DNA of 64,000 nucleotides from Caecitellus pseudoparvulus (lineage: Eukaryota > Protista > Bigyra: Bicosoecida), in NCBI GenBank assembly GCA_965644315.1, contig CBFFRQ010000028.1:62001-126000 (forward strand). The letters run 5' to 3'. The translations under genes and the position numbers were made by a program. How positions within the stretch are numbered: the first letter of the stretch is position 1; the number at the start of each line of letters is the position of its first letter. The notes under the pieces were generated by a model. It saw only the letters and a list, made by a program, of their open reading frames with translations, did not search any database and was not told the origin of the DNA. This document shows positions 22,662 to 34,200 of this stretch, piece after piece.

Positions 22662-23023
22662 GCTGCGTGCGGAAAATGCCCACCACCACGCCAACCAAAC
22701 GCCCTACAGCACAGCCCTCCAGCGCCTGGGGCTCGCGGCAGTCCAAGTCGTGTGCTTTGACAACCGTATGCATGCAGACCGATCCCTTGTCTTTTCACAC
22801 CAGTGCTGGACAACGTGCTTGTTGTCATTGAGTTTGACATTGACGAGCTGCTGTGTTTCTCGTGCAGCGCCCACACACTGCAGCTTCCACAGCGTCCAAA
22901 CCACACCACGCAACACGCTCGCTGCATTGACACAGTGTAGGCCTGTAAGGGCCGTGAACGGGCAACGGGGGGCAGGTGGTGCAGCCAGGCAAGTGGTCTG
23001 CGCCGCCTCTGGCGCCCCCCCCC

Positions 23024-25570
23024 TCAGCTCTCTTGGTAGATGCCCGTCAGGACGCCAGCCGCCTCAAAGTCCACAGTGTTCTGGCTCATCTCGCTACCAG
23101 CACGGGACAGCTGCCGTGTGCGTGTCTGGCGTGGGTGCAAGGAGGAGGGCGGCGCGTCATCCGCCCCTGTCCCCAGGACCTCCTGCGGCAGGGCAGAGGA
23201 GGGGGACGGCTGCAGGTTGGCCAGGCCGCGAGAGGAGGGCAGGGCGACGGAGATGCCGGGCAGGGCAGGGCCCCGCACGGGTTTCCACACGCCGCCCCGC
23301 CACTGCCCCCGTGCCGCAGTGCCCACCGGCACAGTGGTCAGGGGCAGGGCTGACCCGACGGCGTCCTCCCCCCCATGAGGCACGCTGCACGCCGGCGATG
23401 CCCCGCTGCTGCCCTTGGCGCTGCTGCCCCTCGTGCGTACACCCGAGCCGCTGCGCTTGGCGCCTTGGGCCAGCAGGGTGTTGCGTGGGTGCACCACCAG
23501 GGGCTGGGGCTGCACGGTGCGAGGGGACACCCGGAAGCTGCCCCAGCCCTTGCGGCGGGAGGCCAGAGTGCCCCGTCCCCGGCGTGGCACGTGCAGTTGC
23601 GCGGCACTGAGGGGGGGCGGGGACGCCGAGCGGGCTGAGAGGACCACCTTGGGGTTGACGTTGGCGGGCGTGGCGACGTCGCTGTCATCCTCCCCGCGGA
23701 AGCGCTTGGAGGTGGGCTCGCCAGGTGTGGGCAGGCCCGGCAGTACTAGGGCACTGGGGTTGGGGTTGCGGGTGTGCTGTGGTTGGGCGAGGTGGGGGGA
23801 CGCCGGCGCGAAGCCGTCCACCGCCGTGGCCAAGGCCAGAATGCCGCCCGCCGCCTGTACGGAGGGGGAGGCGGGGCCGTGGCCCCATGCCGCCGCCGCA
23901 CTCTCCAGCATGGTGGGCCCACGGCCCCGCCCACGGTCCTCCTGCACCACGCCCACCCGCAGGGGCGCCGGGCGTCCGGACTTGGCCCCCGGCTTGGAGG
24001 GCGGGGAGAGCAGGGTGTACTGCAGCTTGTGGGGGGTGGTGGTGGAGGTAGGGGCAGCGTGGGGGTCATCCTCCTTGTGGGAGCTGCTGGGCTTCATGCC
24101 ACTGCTCCCCTCGGCCGTCACGGACACCGTCTCCAGCGGCACTGGCACAGTGAGGGGGGAGGTCACGGCAGAGCGCGAAGGGGACACGCCCGCCACGACA
24201 AACTGCTTCCCATCCTGTGCGCCCACGACACAGGGCGTGGCCCGGCTGAGGCGTGCGGAGCCGATGCCACTGCTGGGCGTGGGGTGGGTCAGGGTGGAGC
24301 CGGGTGTGGAGGGCAGCAAGTGGGGGGGGCGGCCAGCCCGCTGCAGCGTGCGCTGCTGCGCAGCAGCCACAGCTGTCGCCTGCGCCGTGAAGGATGGGGA
24401 CATGAGCGGCAGCATGTTGGCTGCCACGGCCATGACAGCCGCGTGCTGCGCCGCCAAGGCCGCCGAGCTGGTGGTCACGGCGTACCGCCTGAGGCCGTTC
24501 TGCTGCAGCACCCGCACGTCAGTGCCGTGGAAGGCGCCAGAGTGCGTGGCTTGATCGTGCAGAGGCTGGAAGGCGGCCTGGGAGGGCGCTGCGAAGCCGG
24601 GGCCGCCCTGAGGCGTCGCGTTGACTGCCTGAGGCCCAGGTTCAGCGGCGCTGGCGGGCGTGGCCACTGGGCGGCGGCTGGCGTCATGGCCGGCAGAGGG
24701 CGGAGGGGACTTGGCGGAGAACTTGACCTGTCCATCGGCGGGCGCAGGCCGCGGCCCTGGCTTGGCGTGGGCAGGGCCGCCGCTGGCCAGCGGCACCAGG
24801 CGCTCCGCATCCAGCGCCGCGATGAAACGCAAAAACGTGGCCTCACGCTCCTCCTGCGCACTGGCCAGGCTCGCCGCGCTGGCGGGCGCATGCTTGGATG
24901 GGGAGTACTTTTGCTGTGAAGGGGGGGTGGCAGGTTGTGCAGTGTTTGGAGGCGGTGCTGGTGGAGGTCACAGGCGTAGCACGCTCAAGCCAACCTGCAA
25001 CTGCAGTATGGTGCGGTCAACGCTGCAACATCAGCTTGCAAGGCAAGAAGGGGGCTGACAGACCATGAGTGAGCATGGGGTGCACGCAGGCTTGTCGAAG
25101 CGCTTGCTTCGGAGCCATCCGAGCCAGTGCAAGGACAGGGTGTGCCGGGTGCAAGGGCAGCGTTTCACCCAGAGCGCTGCCACCCAAGCACCAGTTGACG
25201 TTGACCCTCGCTGCAACATGACATCACGTTCCGGGCACAGGAAGCGGCACAGGCTAGAATGCAGGCCACTCACCTTCCCCAGTGACTGGCCACGCGCCGA
25301 ATACTTCTTCGTGACCCGCAGGGGGTTGCTATTCGTTGCCTCGGCAAGAAGCCCCCGGAGGGACGTGGCAGGCGGCAGCGGCAAGGTGCCCGCTTCGAAC
25401 TGGGCCAGCAGGGCATCCGCAAAGAGTTGCTCGGGGGCAGACCACTTGCCTCCTCGACTCTTGTCACCAGACAGCACCGCCTCGCACGCGTCTGGGAACT
25501 GCGCCTCGACACGCTCAAGGAATGCGGGAGACAGCAGCGCACAGAGCACATGCTCCCTCTGGCGGCTCAT
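23024..25570 (-). CDS. Putative DNA-binding protein with stramenopile-type 'GKW..F.AG.LPL..LR..L....PMRISKK' domain and low-complexity C-terminus
   Basis: 'GGKWSAPEQLFADALLAQFEAGTLPLPPATSLRGLLAEATNSNPLRVTKKY' in ORF 25031-25627. GTGAG donor near 25273, presumed spliced to ORF 23024-24832. 5' end uncertain. Confidence 0.65.
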
Positions 25571-26104
25571 GATGCGCACAGGGCCAGCACAGCCGGCAAC
25601 ACCAGGTGTGCGTCGCACAGTAGTCACTTCTGTCGCACAGCAATGTGCTCAGGCAAGCGCTCGCAGCTGCACGGTGCAAAATGGCTGGCCCACGGCAAAA
25701 CGCGGAAATTGAGAGCAGCTTCCGCACAGGGCGCTGCAGTGCACCAGTTGCTCAGCCGCGACCCAGGCACGCACGCACGATGAGCACATACGGCTTAGGC
25801 CCACATGACGTGCATGAATTGGACCTTGCGTGTGTTTTGTCGCAGGGCTGCAATGGACCGCGCCGGGGCGCGGTTACCGTCGTTCAGAACAGGGTTGACG
25901 TTGCGGTGCAACAGTGACTTGCCTGCCTTGTCCACCAAACCGCCGCGCCACACCGGCAGCACTGCCCCTGGACATGCCTAAGAGTCCATCACATACAATT
26001 GCATGCAGTGGAAGGGAAGGTATGCATCGCCCGGGGCAAGGCACGGTGGAAGTGTTGTGGGGTGCGTTTCGCTCCTCTTGCACCGCCTGCCGGGCGCGGA
26101 TGCC

Positions 26105-28210
26105 TTAGAAGTCGAGCTCCTCTGGCTCCCAAACCTTGATGAGCTTGTCAAATCCTGATGACACAAAGTGCTTCTCAGTCGGGTCAATGTCTGCGACGCG
26201 GGGGTTGCAGAAATCGGTGAGCCGCCCTGCCGAGCCTCTGCAAGACAAAGAAACGCACCAACGCAAGTGATCTTGTCCTCATGCCCGCGGTGCACGCTGA
26301 TAGCGGTCCAGTCGCGTGCACTCCAAGTGCGGATTAGCCCATCATAGGCTGCTGTGACGAGATACGCGCCAGAGACAGGCGCAAACCTGTGAGGGGAGGG
26401 AACGCAGTGGTGTGCAAAGGGGCTGTCTGCGCTGTGCTCTGCGGCAGCCGGCTCACTTGACGGTGGAGATGAGGCGTGAGTGCGCCGCGATGCTGTACAC
26501 GATGCGCTGGGCCCGCAGGTCCCACACGTTCACTGTGTGGTCGTCCGACCCCGTTGCCAGGTTTACACCGTTGGGGGACATGTCCAGAGCCAGCAGCTGC
26601 GTGACGTGGCCCTTCAGCGTCATGACGCTCTTGCCACTGCGCAGGTCCCACACGCGGCCAATGCCACCCAAGTCACCCGTGGCCACCAGAGACCCGTCGG
26701 GATGAAACGCGACTGGATACACTTCACGTGCGTGGCCCTGTGCGCGGGGGGGGGGTAAAGCGGGGTGTGGTGTTGCTGCGCACTGGCGCCTTACGCCAGC
26801 GCACGCACGTCTTGGACCAACAGCTCTGCCTGCGCCTCCACGTCCCACAGGCGCCAGGTGTAGTCAAATGAAGTGGACGCCAAGTGTCGTCCTGCCGGGT
26901 GCCACGCCACCCGAGCGAGGCGGTCCCGGTGTCCCTCCAACGTCGCCACGGCCTCCTCCTGCCCCGCGTGCCACAGTTTCACACAGCCGTCTGCTGCCCC
27001 AGTCGCCAGCTGCACAGGCGCACTGCCACTGGGGGGGGCGGTGTCCGCCCCGCCCCCCTCCAACGCCACATCGCCCTCGTCATCCGCTACGGGAGGGGGC
27101 GGCGCCACCACGGCACCTGGGCGCCAGGCGAGCGTCACCACTCGCTCGGTGTGGCCACGCAGGGACTGTGTGGCCGTCAGTGACTCACGGCTCCACACCT
27201 TCACTTCACCTGACCAGGAGGCAGAGGCCAGTGCGCCGCCACAGGGGCTGAAGCCCACAGCGGCAACTGTGCGGCGGGCATCACCCGGGAGAGAGGCAGC
27301 CGGCTGCAGGGTCTGCAGGCGTTTGAAGGTCTCCAGCACAGCAGTGTCCTCTTCCTTCGCCAGGGCGGCTGCGTTGGGTGCGTTCGCACGGCCACGCTGC
27401 GCGGCCAGCCGCGCCTGAGCCGCTTCAATCGACCACTTGCCAATGTCCACGCGAGCCTCGATGAGCGAAGGCGAGGCGTGTGTGTGCACGACAGTCGTAC
27501 GAGCTGGCCCTGTGGAGCCTGTTTGGGGCTCCGCACTGGCCGGCCCCGTGCTGAAGCTGGACAACGGCGCCTCGCCGTCGATCTCGCGCTGGGCCAATAG
27601 CAAGCGCAGGCGTTCCCTGCGGTCCCCCACACGCTCACCAAACAGTGTTATGGGGTGGCCCATGCTTCGTAGCACGGAAATGACTTCTGCCGGGTCAGTT
27701 GGCACGATGACTGTGCGCGCAAGGCGCTCTGCCTCGACCTGCGCATGGGAGCAATGCCGAAACTCCTGCGTAACGCAAAGACGCTGCGCTTGCCTCGCCT
27801 GCACGCCGACACACCTTGCGCAACAACTCAGCATGACGCGCTTGAGCTTCCAAACTAGACTCGGACAAGCCTAGAGTTGTCGTTCCTGTGAATGGCGCAG
27901 CACGTAGCTTGCTATGCCCAGCCGCCGAAAGTCTGGCCTGGCCTGGAAAAACACACCTGCACTCTGCAGGTTGATGTTGCCTGCGTCGATGCCTGCCTGC
28001 ACAGCTGCCGATCCCCGAACGTCCTGCGAGGTGATCAGCGATTCTTGCCGTTGTGGCACTGCCTGGTGCCGCGCAACCTGCTCGCTCGCGCACCTGCGTC
28101 GGACCCCGCTGGCCTGCGCTGCTCCCGGCACTTGCCTGCGAAGCCAGCGCCTCGCTTGAACTCTCAGCGACTCGAGCGAGACATGTACACACGACACTGC
28201 AACGCACCAT
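26105..28210 (-). CDS. PRPF4: U4/U6 snRNP protein Prp4 (WD40)
   Basis: 'AGIDAGNINL' and PRP4 motif 'VPTDPAEVISVLRSMGHPITLFGE..DRRERLR'. WD repeats 'STSFDYTWRLWD', 'GRVWDLRSGK', 'TGSDDHTVNVWDLR'. Last exon 'SSGFDKLIKVWEPEELDF*' with stop at 26105. 5' end approximate. Confidence 0.92.
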
Positions 28211-28509
28211 GGCTCCTCCTGCACTGAGCTCCCGTGCTGCAACTGCTGCCGTTGCTGCGCTTGCTCCTGTCACGTCTCCGGCTGTGCCCAACAACAAGGC
28301 AACAGCGGACACAGTCCCGGCAGCACCACAGATGCCCACAGGCCATCAACACCCGGGGGAATCAAACAGATGGATTTTACTCCCGCGTGGGTCGCACTAT
28401 CTGTGTCATGGCAGTGACGACGCCTGAGGGGGGGTGGACACCCACGCGCTCGTCCCAGGAAAATGGGACTTGCACAGAACCTGTGCAATACTGCCGGGCA
28501 CGTCAAAAG

Positions 28510-28609
28510 CAGGGATCTCAGGGGGGTCCGGGAAGCTATTCCCGCACCTTTTTTGCCAAGATACCGGACACCCCAACCTGAGGGGGGGTGCCCCCCTTGT
28601 GGACCCCCC
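28510..28609 (+). repeat. Structured repeat copy A (begins CAGGGATCTCA; probable transposon end)
   Basis: ~100 bp direct repeat of 36104-36204, about ten differences by eye. Contains hairpin CGGGAA-gcta-TTCCCG, a T6 run and CCGGACAC. Confidence 0.92.
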
Positions 28610-28835
28610 CCCGTCAGCCTCCCGCGACACCACCCCCGCCCTAACACCAATACCCGCAGCCCCCAAAGCTCGCAACACCCGACACCACTGAGATTGACCT
28701 CCCCCCCGGCATTTCTATCATTTCTGGGCGGGAAGCGGGTGCTGGGACTGACTTGCTGGTGGCAGGCAGGCTTGCAAGCAAGGCTCTGCGAGCCTTTGGG
28801 GAGCCTGCCGTCCCACTCTCTGGGCACCTGACGAA

Positions 28836-29170
28836 GTGAGGGGTGCAACACCATGGCCCCAAATTAACCCAACCGCACCAGCTTCAACGGCATCTCAGCA
28901 CAGCACCCCTGGCCTGTACTGCATGGCCTGCCCATCACTGTTCCCGACGGGCGCTGGCGAATTTACTCTTCGACAGCCCCACCTCAAGATCCCAGTCACG
29001 GAGGCGGATGCGATCCCCCACCTGCTTTTCGTTGCCCATCGCAACACACACGGTCGCTGGGTATACCCAGCCCAACAGCACCCTTTTCTTGCCTTGCTCG
29101 CCTTTGACAACGTGCGAAGGTATGCGGCGTTTGAGGCTGGCCCGCACGACAGAGAATCCGGTGTTTTGTT
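28836..29170 (+). pseudogene. Helitron/Helentron RepHel N-terminal fragment
   Basis: 'WPQINP..STPGLYCMACPSLFPTGAGEF..VT..HLL..HPF..AFDNVRR' resembles the conserved '(A)FPTLFPxG' region upstream of the Helitron Rep domain. No Rep HUH/Y2 or PIF1 helicase motifs follow. Confidence 0.7.
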
Positions 29171-31217
29171 TTTGCCCACGCAACGAACTTGCATCGCCTG
29201 TGAAGCCACCCACAGCGCCCATCCGACACCCCACCCAATAGACTTACCCCACTGCCGGCCACCATTCACGTAATGCACTCGTTCTGGGCTGGTGGGATAC
29301 CTTTGCCTGGCAAATTGGATCGAGTGCGGGTATCAATGTCTCTTTGGCGGAGGGATGTGCTCCAGTTGCCTCTTCACGCGAAAACTATAGGCACTGGGAA
29401 AGGAGTCTTGATGTTTGTGATGCAATGTTTAACGGCCTGGTCGCGCTCGCCACCATATGGTGGGTGCAGGACGACAAGGTGTGTGGCAGCCAAGCTCAGC
29501 GCCAGCCTTCACATTTTGCTGGCAAGGGCACACGGCGCGAAATTCACAGTCATTGCCCATCGCGAGCAGGTCCGCAGAACTTCGGGTGCCTGGCCACATG
29601 TTGTGGATATCATGCGTCACTCCCCTGTGGCATTTCTCTGAGATCCGTCGGGACAGACGCCCCTTGCAAGCTCCTGGCACCCTCCACTTCTTTCCTTTGG
29701 AGTGACTCGCATGAGCCGAGGAGGGTGGCCACTGCACGCTGGGCAACGCCTTCAAACAGTGTACTCCAAGCATGCCTGGACCTTGGCAGGGCTGGGCTGG
29801 TGCGCTACGTGCACAGTCCTGCCACTGTGCACGGTCACGCTGACTTCGATGCGCAGCCTCAGTGCGCGGATGATCCAGTTTGAAAGGTCTCACAACTTGG
29901 CAAGGTGTGGCCGTCTGGGCTCCAGGGCATCAGCTTGCTGGGGCATGGGCCAGTGCAGGGCGGGGAGGGACGTTGCTGCTCTGGCCTTGTGCTGGATTTG
30001 GCTGGGAGGCCAGGTGGTTGGACACCCAAGTTGACGGGCTGCTTGTAGATGGGGTGACGTGTACTGCTTGGACAGTGAGCCAACAAGAGCAGCTGGTGGC
30101 TCTTGCGCAGTTCGTGGGTCTGGGGCTGCCTGGGTCAGCTGTCATGGCGAGGCTGCCGCTTCAGGATGCTGAGGAGAAAGCACGTGGCCAGCTGTGTCAG
30201 TTTGGGGCACTCCATGAACAGCCGCTGTAGGTCGCATTGACTGGGCGAGGTCGGCAAGCTGGGCTGTGGCACCACACATGCTTGGCAGCTACTGGCCTGT
30301 GGGGCCATCAAAAGGATAGGGCCTGACGTGGAATGGGCATTGTGCGGACAGATACGCTGTGTGGTATGGTATTGAAGAGAAGCCGCTTGGTGGTCTGCAG
30401 TGTTCGGAGCATGACTGGGGCAGTGGCTGACCTCCGTGCAAGCGTGCTGGTTCGCAGCCTGGCCCGCACTGCACGAGCTGCACAGCTCAGCCGCACTTTC
30501 GACAGCATGTCCCCATGCAGCTTGTGCGGTGGACTGCTGTTGGACTCGGTGTGTTGCGGGGTGTAGCGCGGGATCCGCCAATCATGGTGGGCGAGTCCGT
30601 CCACATCATGGCCACGGCAGCTTGCTCGCTGGAAGCTTGCAGGCCTGTTGCTCGCTGTGTCGGTGTGCGAGAGGTCCACATGTATGAGAGTGTGCACCTC
30701 ATGTTGAATGCCGCGTGGGGGGCTTCAGCGTGGTTTGGCGCTTGACCGTTTGAATGCTGAGATTGACTTACTTCACCTTCATCCGCGCAGTGTGCAGGGG
30801 GTGACTGGAGCGAAGGACGGGGCAGTGGTTGCTGGAATCTCATGGATCACGTTGTTCGACTAGTCTGCTACTCCAGGCGCCGCGATTCTCCCTTCGAGGT
30901 TTGGTGGTGCATTCTTGGCGTCTGCACTTTGAGACGCATTTTTACATCATTCGCGCACATCGAATAGCGCCCATTCATGTGCCAACTGGCTTGCTAGGGC
31001 TGTGTAACAATGGTAAGCAAGAAAACAAACAACACACATGTTCCCACAATTCAAATAGCACAGCCTGTGTACTGCACGCTCTGGGCATCGTGTTGAACCT
31101 TGCCTCACCTCCGCTCTGTGCAGCTCTGCGCTGCTCAGAGTCGGCACACTTCCGCACCAGGGCGACCTCGAGGACTGAGCGAGCACCGTCGGAACCTGCA
31201 CACCTCGACGGCGTAGC

Positions 31218-34200
31218 ATGAGTTTGAAGGCTGTCTCGGCTTTGTCACGTGGCCTGGGGGTGTCATTTCGGCCCTTGTTGGCGTTGCGCAGTGTTGGGGC
31301 GGAATTTGCTGCTGCTCCAGTGCTTTGGGCTCCACCGCGCGCACCCCAGGCGCACAAGGCACCCAGCCTGGTGCGGCATGCTTCATCTGTGGCTGGTGCT
31401 GCAGTGGAAGGACCTCCAGTGGCCAGCGATGTGCTTCCGAGCACGTCATGGTGGGGACAGCTTCCAGAGAAGAAGAGGGAGAAGTTGCTTGTGGCTTTGT
31501 CTGAGCTTGAAGAAGCAGATGGAAGGCTTCCACTAGAATTGGCACTTGCAGCCCTCGAGAAGCTGGAGGTGCGTGACCTTGCGCGCGGGCCGTGCTTGGG
31601 CGAGTCACCCCGCCCTTCACTCGGCTTCATATTCTTCACAGACGCCTCCTGACGCTCTCCTGTTCCAAACCTTCGCTTCATGCGGATTCATACGTCAACT
31701 TGAGTTCGGGCTTCGGACAGAGAAGAATGCCATGGACGTGCAGACGCGACTCCTTTCGTCTCTGCTGTCCGTTCCGATCAATGCTTCACTGAGGCTGGTC
31801 AAGGGCGAGAACTACCTCTCTGACCTGGGCGTCGAGCTGCAGAACTCCAGCTCAAAGGCTTGGGTCATAGATCTGCCAGAGATGCTGGCCAAAGCAGGGG
31901 GTCATTACACGAACCTGGTCGAAGCAGACAACGCTCTGAACGAAGAACTCAGACGACGCCGAGAGGCACTGGAAGCCGAGCGAGTGGAGAGGCAAAAGGC
32001 ACTGAAAGCTGAGCGAGTGGAGAGGCAAAAGGCACTGAAAGCTGAGCGAGCGAAGAGGCAAAAGTTAATTGCAGACACAAAGAGTGCCATGCAAGTATGT
32101 GAGGTGAGTAGGGCGTTTGACTTGTCCGTTGTCTGACATCGCTGCACTTCGGCTTCTTCCTTCGCTTTGCACAGGCCGAGGCGGGGGCTGAGTTGTGGAG
32201 TATCCTTAAAGGCTGTGGGGTATTGGGCACCATTCGCGTGGCCAATGTGACTTGGAATCCAGAGGGTGCACTCAGTGCAGTCAAGCAGCTCAGCAAACTG
32301 TCTGTCGCTGACCTGGCAGGAGAAGATGCAGCAGACTTGTGCTCAAGGGTGCTTCCGAAGGATTTTCCACGTGGCCTGGCGAGGAGAATCCAAAAACAGC
32401 TTGAGAAGGCTGTCCAGTCTGCGTGGTTCAACGAAGCAGTGCGAGAGCACGAGGTCGTGAATTTGGGGCTCCCGCTTCGCGCACTCTTGATTGCGAAACG
32501 AGGCGATAAGGCCAAAGCACGAGCTGTGCTCAAGACCGCGGGGGTCACGGATGCAAGCTACATCGACAGGCTCCTCAATATTGAACAGAAGAAGCTTGAC
32601 GCCTTGGCCGACAACTTTGGCTGGCTGCTCGATGTTGAAGCTGCCTTCAAACGCCAAGATGCGTGGTACTGGGACGTCGTGCATGCCTTTCGCCCCGAGT
32701 CACCCTTGACTGCAGAGCGACTTGAGAAAGACAAAGAGTTCAAGGATAGCGTTGACCCAGTGAAGGACATCAAGTGGAGCACTGGATGCTACCCTGTCTT
32801 TGTCAACGGCGAGTTCAAAGCAGCCGTGCTGCGAATTCCCATCTGGGAATCGCTTCCTTTCCTGCTCGAAGACGAGAAGACTGACTTGACCAGCCTCCCG
32901 CTGGACGAGGTGACATTGCCAGGCTTGAGGCCCGGCGCACACGGCTTCCTTCACTTGCCAGAGTCTGAAGTGCCACAAGAGGAGCTGAAGTTTACGACGT
33001 ATGTTCTGACTCGCTCACGGGCAAGGCTGCTCGTGAAGGCTGCATACAACTGCCTTGGAGCCCAGCTTGGTACCATGACAACTGCCGTGCACGGGACGGG
33101 GAAGTCTGCTTCTCTGCGGGCTCTTGCAGCGATGATCGGCATCGGGGCTGGGGGCGACGTCATGTACTTGTCAGAGTCGGAAGTGCTCGCTCCAAACTCT
33201 GACAAGTTTGACGAACTCCTGAACCGACTTCTTCAGGGGGGATTCTCGTTCTCATGTGGCAGGAGCCTGCGGACTCCCGTGCTGTGCCAGCAGATTGCTG
33301 AGATTGGCATGCAGGGTACCGATGCACACCTAGCCTTCCTCCGAGCTTTTGTATCACGCTCGGTGTTCAACGCAGGGGACTTCAAGTCAAGCCAAAAGGG
33401 GGGGGTGCCAAGTGCTTTCATCATTGACGAAGCCAACCGCCTGCAGGAACAGCTGATGAAGAAGCATACGGAGCATGTAAGGTGGTGGGAGTTGCTGAAG
33501 CGCTTGATGAGCTGGAAGTCAAATGCGCGCAAGGTGGTCGCCTTTTCCCCTGACTTCCACGCTGCAGCACTCCGTCAGACGAACCAGACAGTGAATAAGG
33601 CGTTTGACACGTCCTCTTCAGCTGACAAAGAGCACCCCTTCTTCGAGATGCAGCGGCTGGACCCGAGCTTGGCGCTGAAGCTCATGCTGGGGCCGGCCGA
33701 GTATGAGGTGCCTAAGCGGCTCACGGATGCAGACGAGGGAGCACTGGCTGTTGGCAGTGGGGCGGGTAAAGACACTTCGCTCCAGCTTCCGCCCCTTGCC
33801 TTGGCTGTTGTGAAAGACGACAAGCAACGGGAGCTTCTTCGGAAACTGATCCATTCGTTGGGCGGGGTTCCTCGGAGTTTGCGTCGGGTTGTCAAAATTG
33901 CAGGCGACCAGGAGAAGGATCGTAGAGAGATCGAGGATCGCAGTAAGAATAAAGCTGAAATCGCCAGTTTGTTGAAAAAACGTGGATTGGCGGCGAACCC
34001 AGAAGAGTGGTTCTTCAACGTGCTCCATGACGCTTGGAAGGAAAGCATGCAAAGCATGCAGATTCGCTGCTTCGACCATTTCTCCGACAAGTCGCTCAAG
34101 GAGCTTGCGGGCAACGCGGGTGGACTGTCGGTGTTTTGGAATCACTCCTTGGCAGCGTCCTCGATCCTCTCGAGGATCAACCCGAAAGAGCTTGCGTTGG

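Noticed and set aside
28423-28560. tRNA or known snRNA gene
   Set aside because: Hairpins are present but there is no cloverleaf, no A/B boxes and no recognisable snRNA sequence.
31964-32064. CRISPR-like 33-bp repeats
   Set aside because: No spacers; this is an in-frame coding tandem repeat in a eukaryotic gene.
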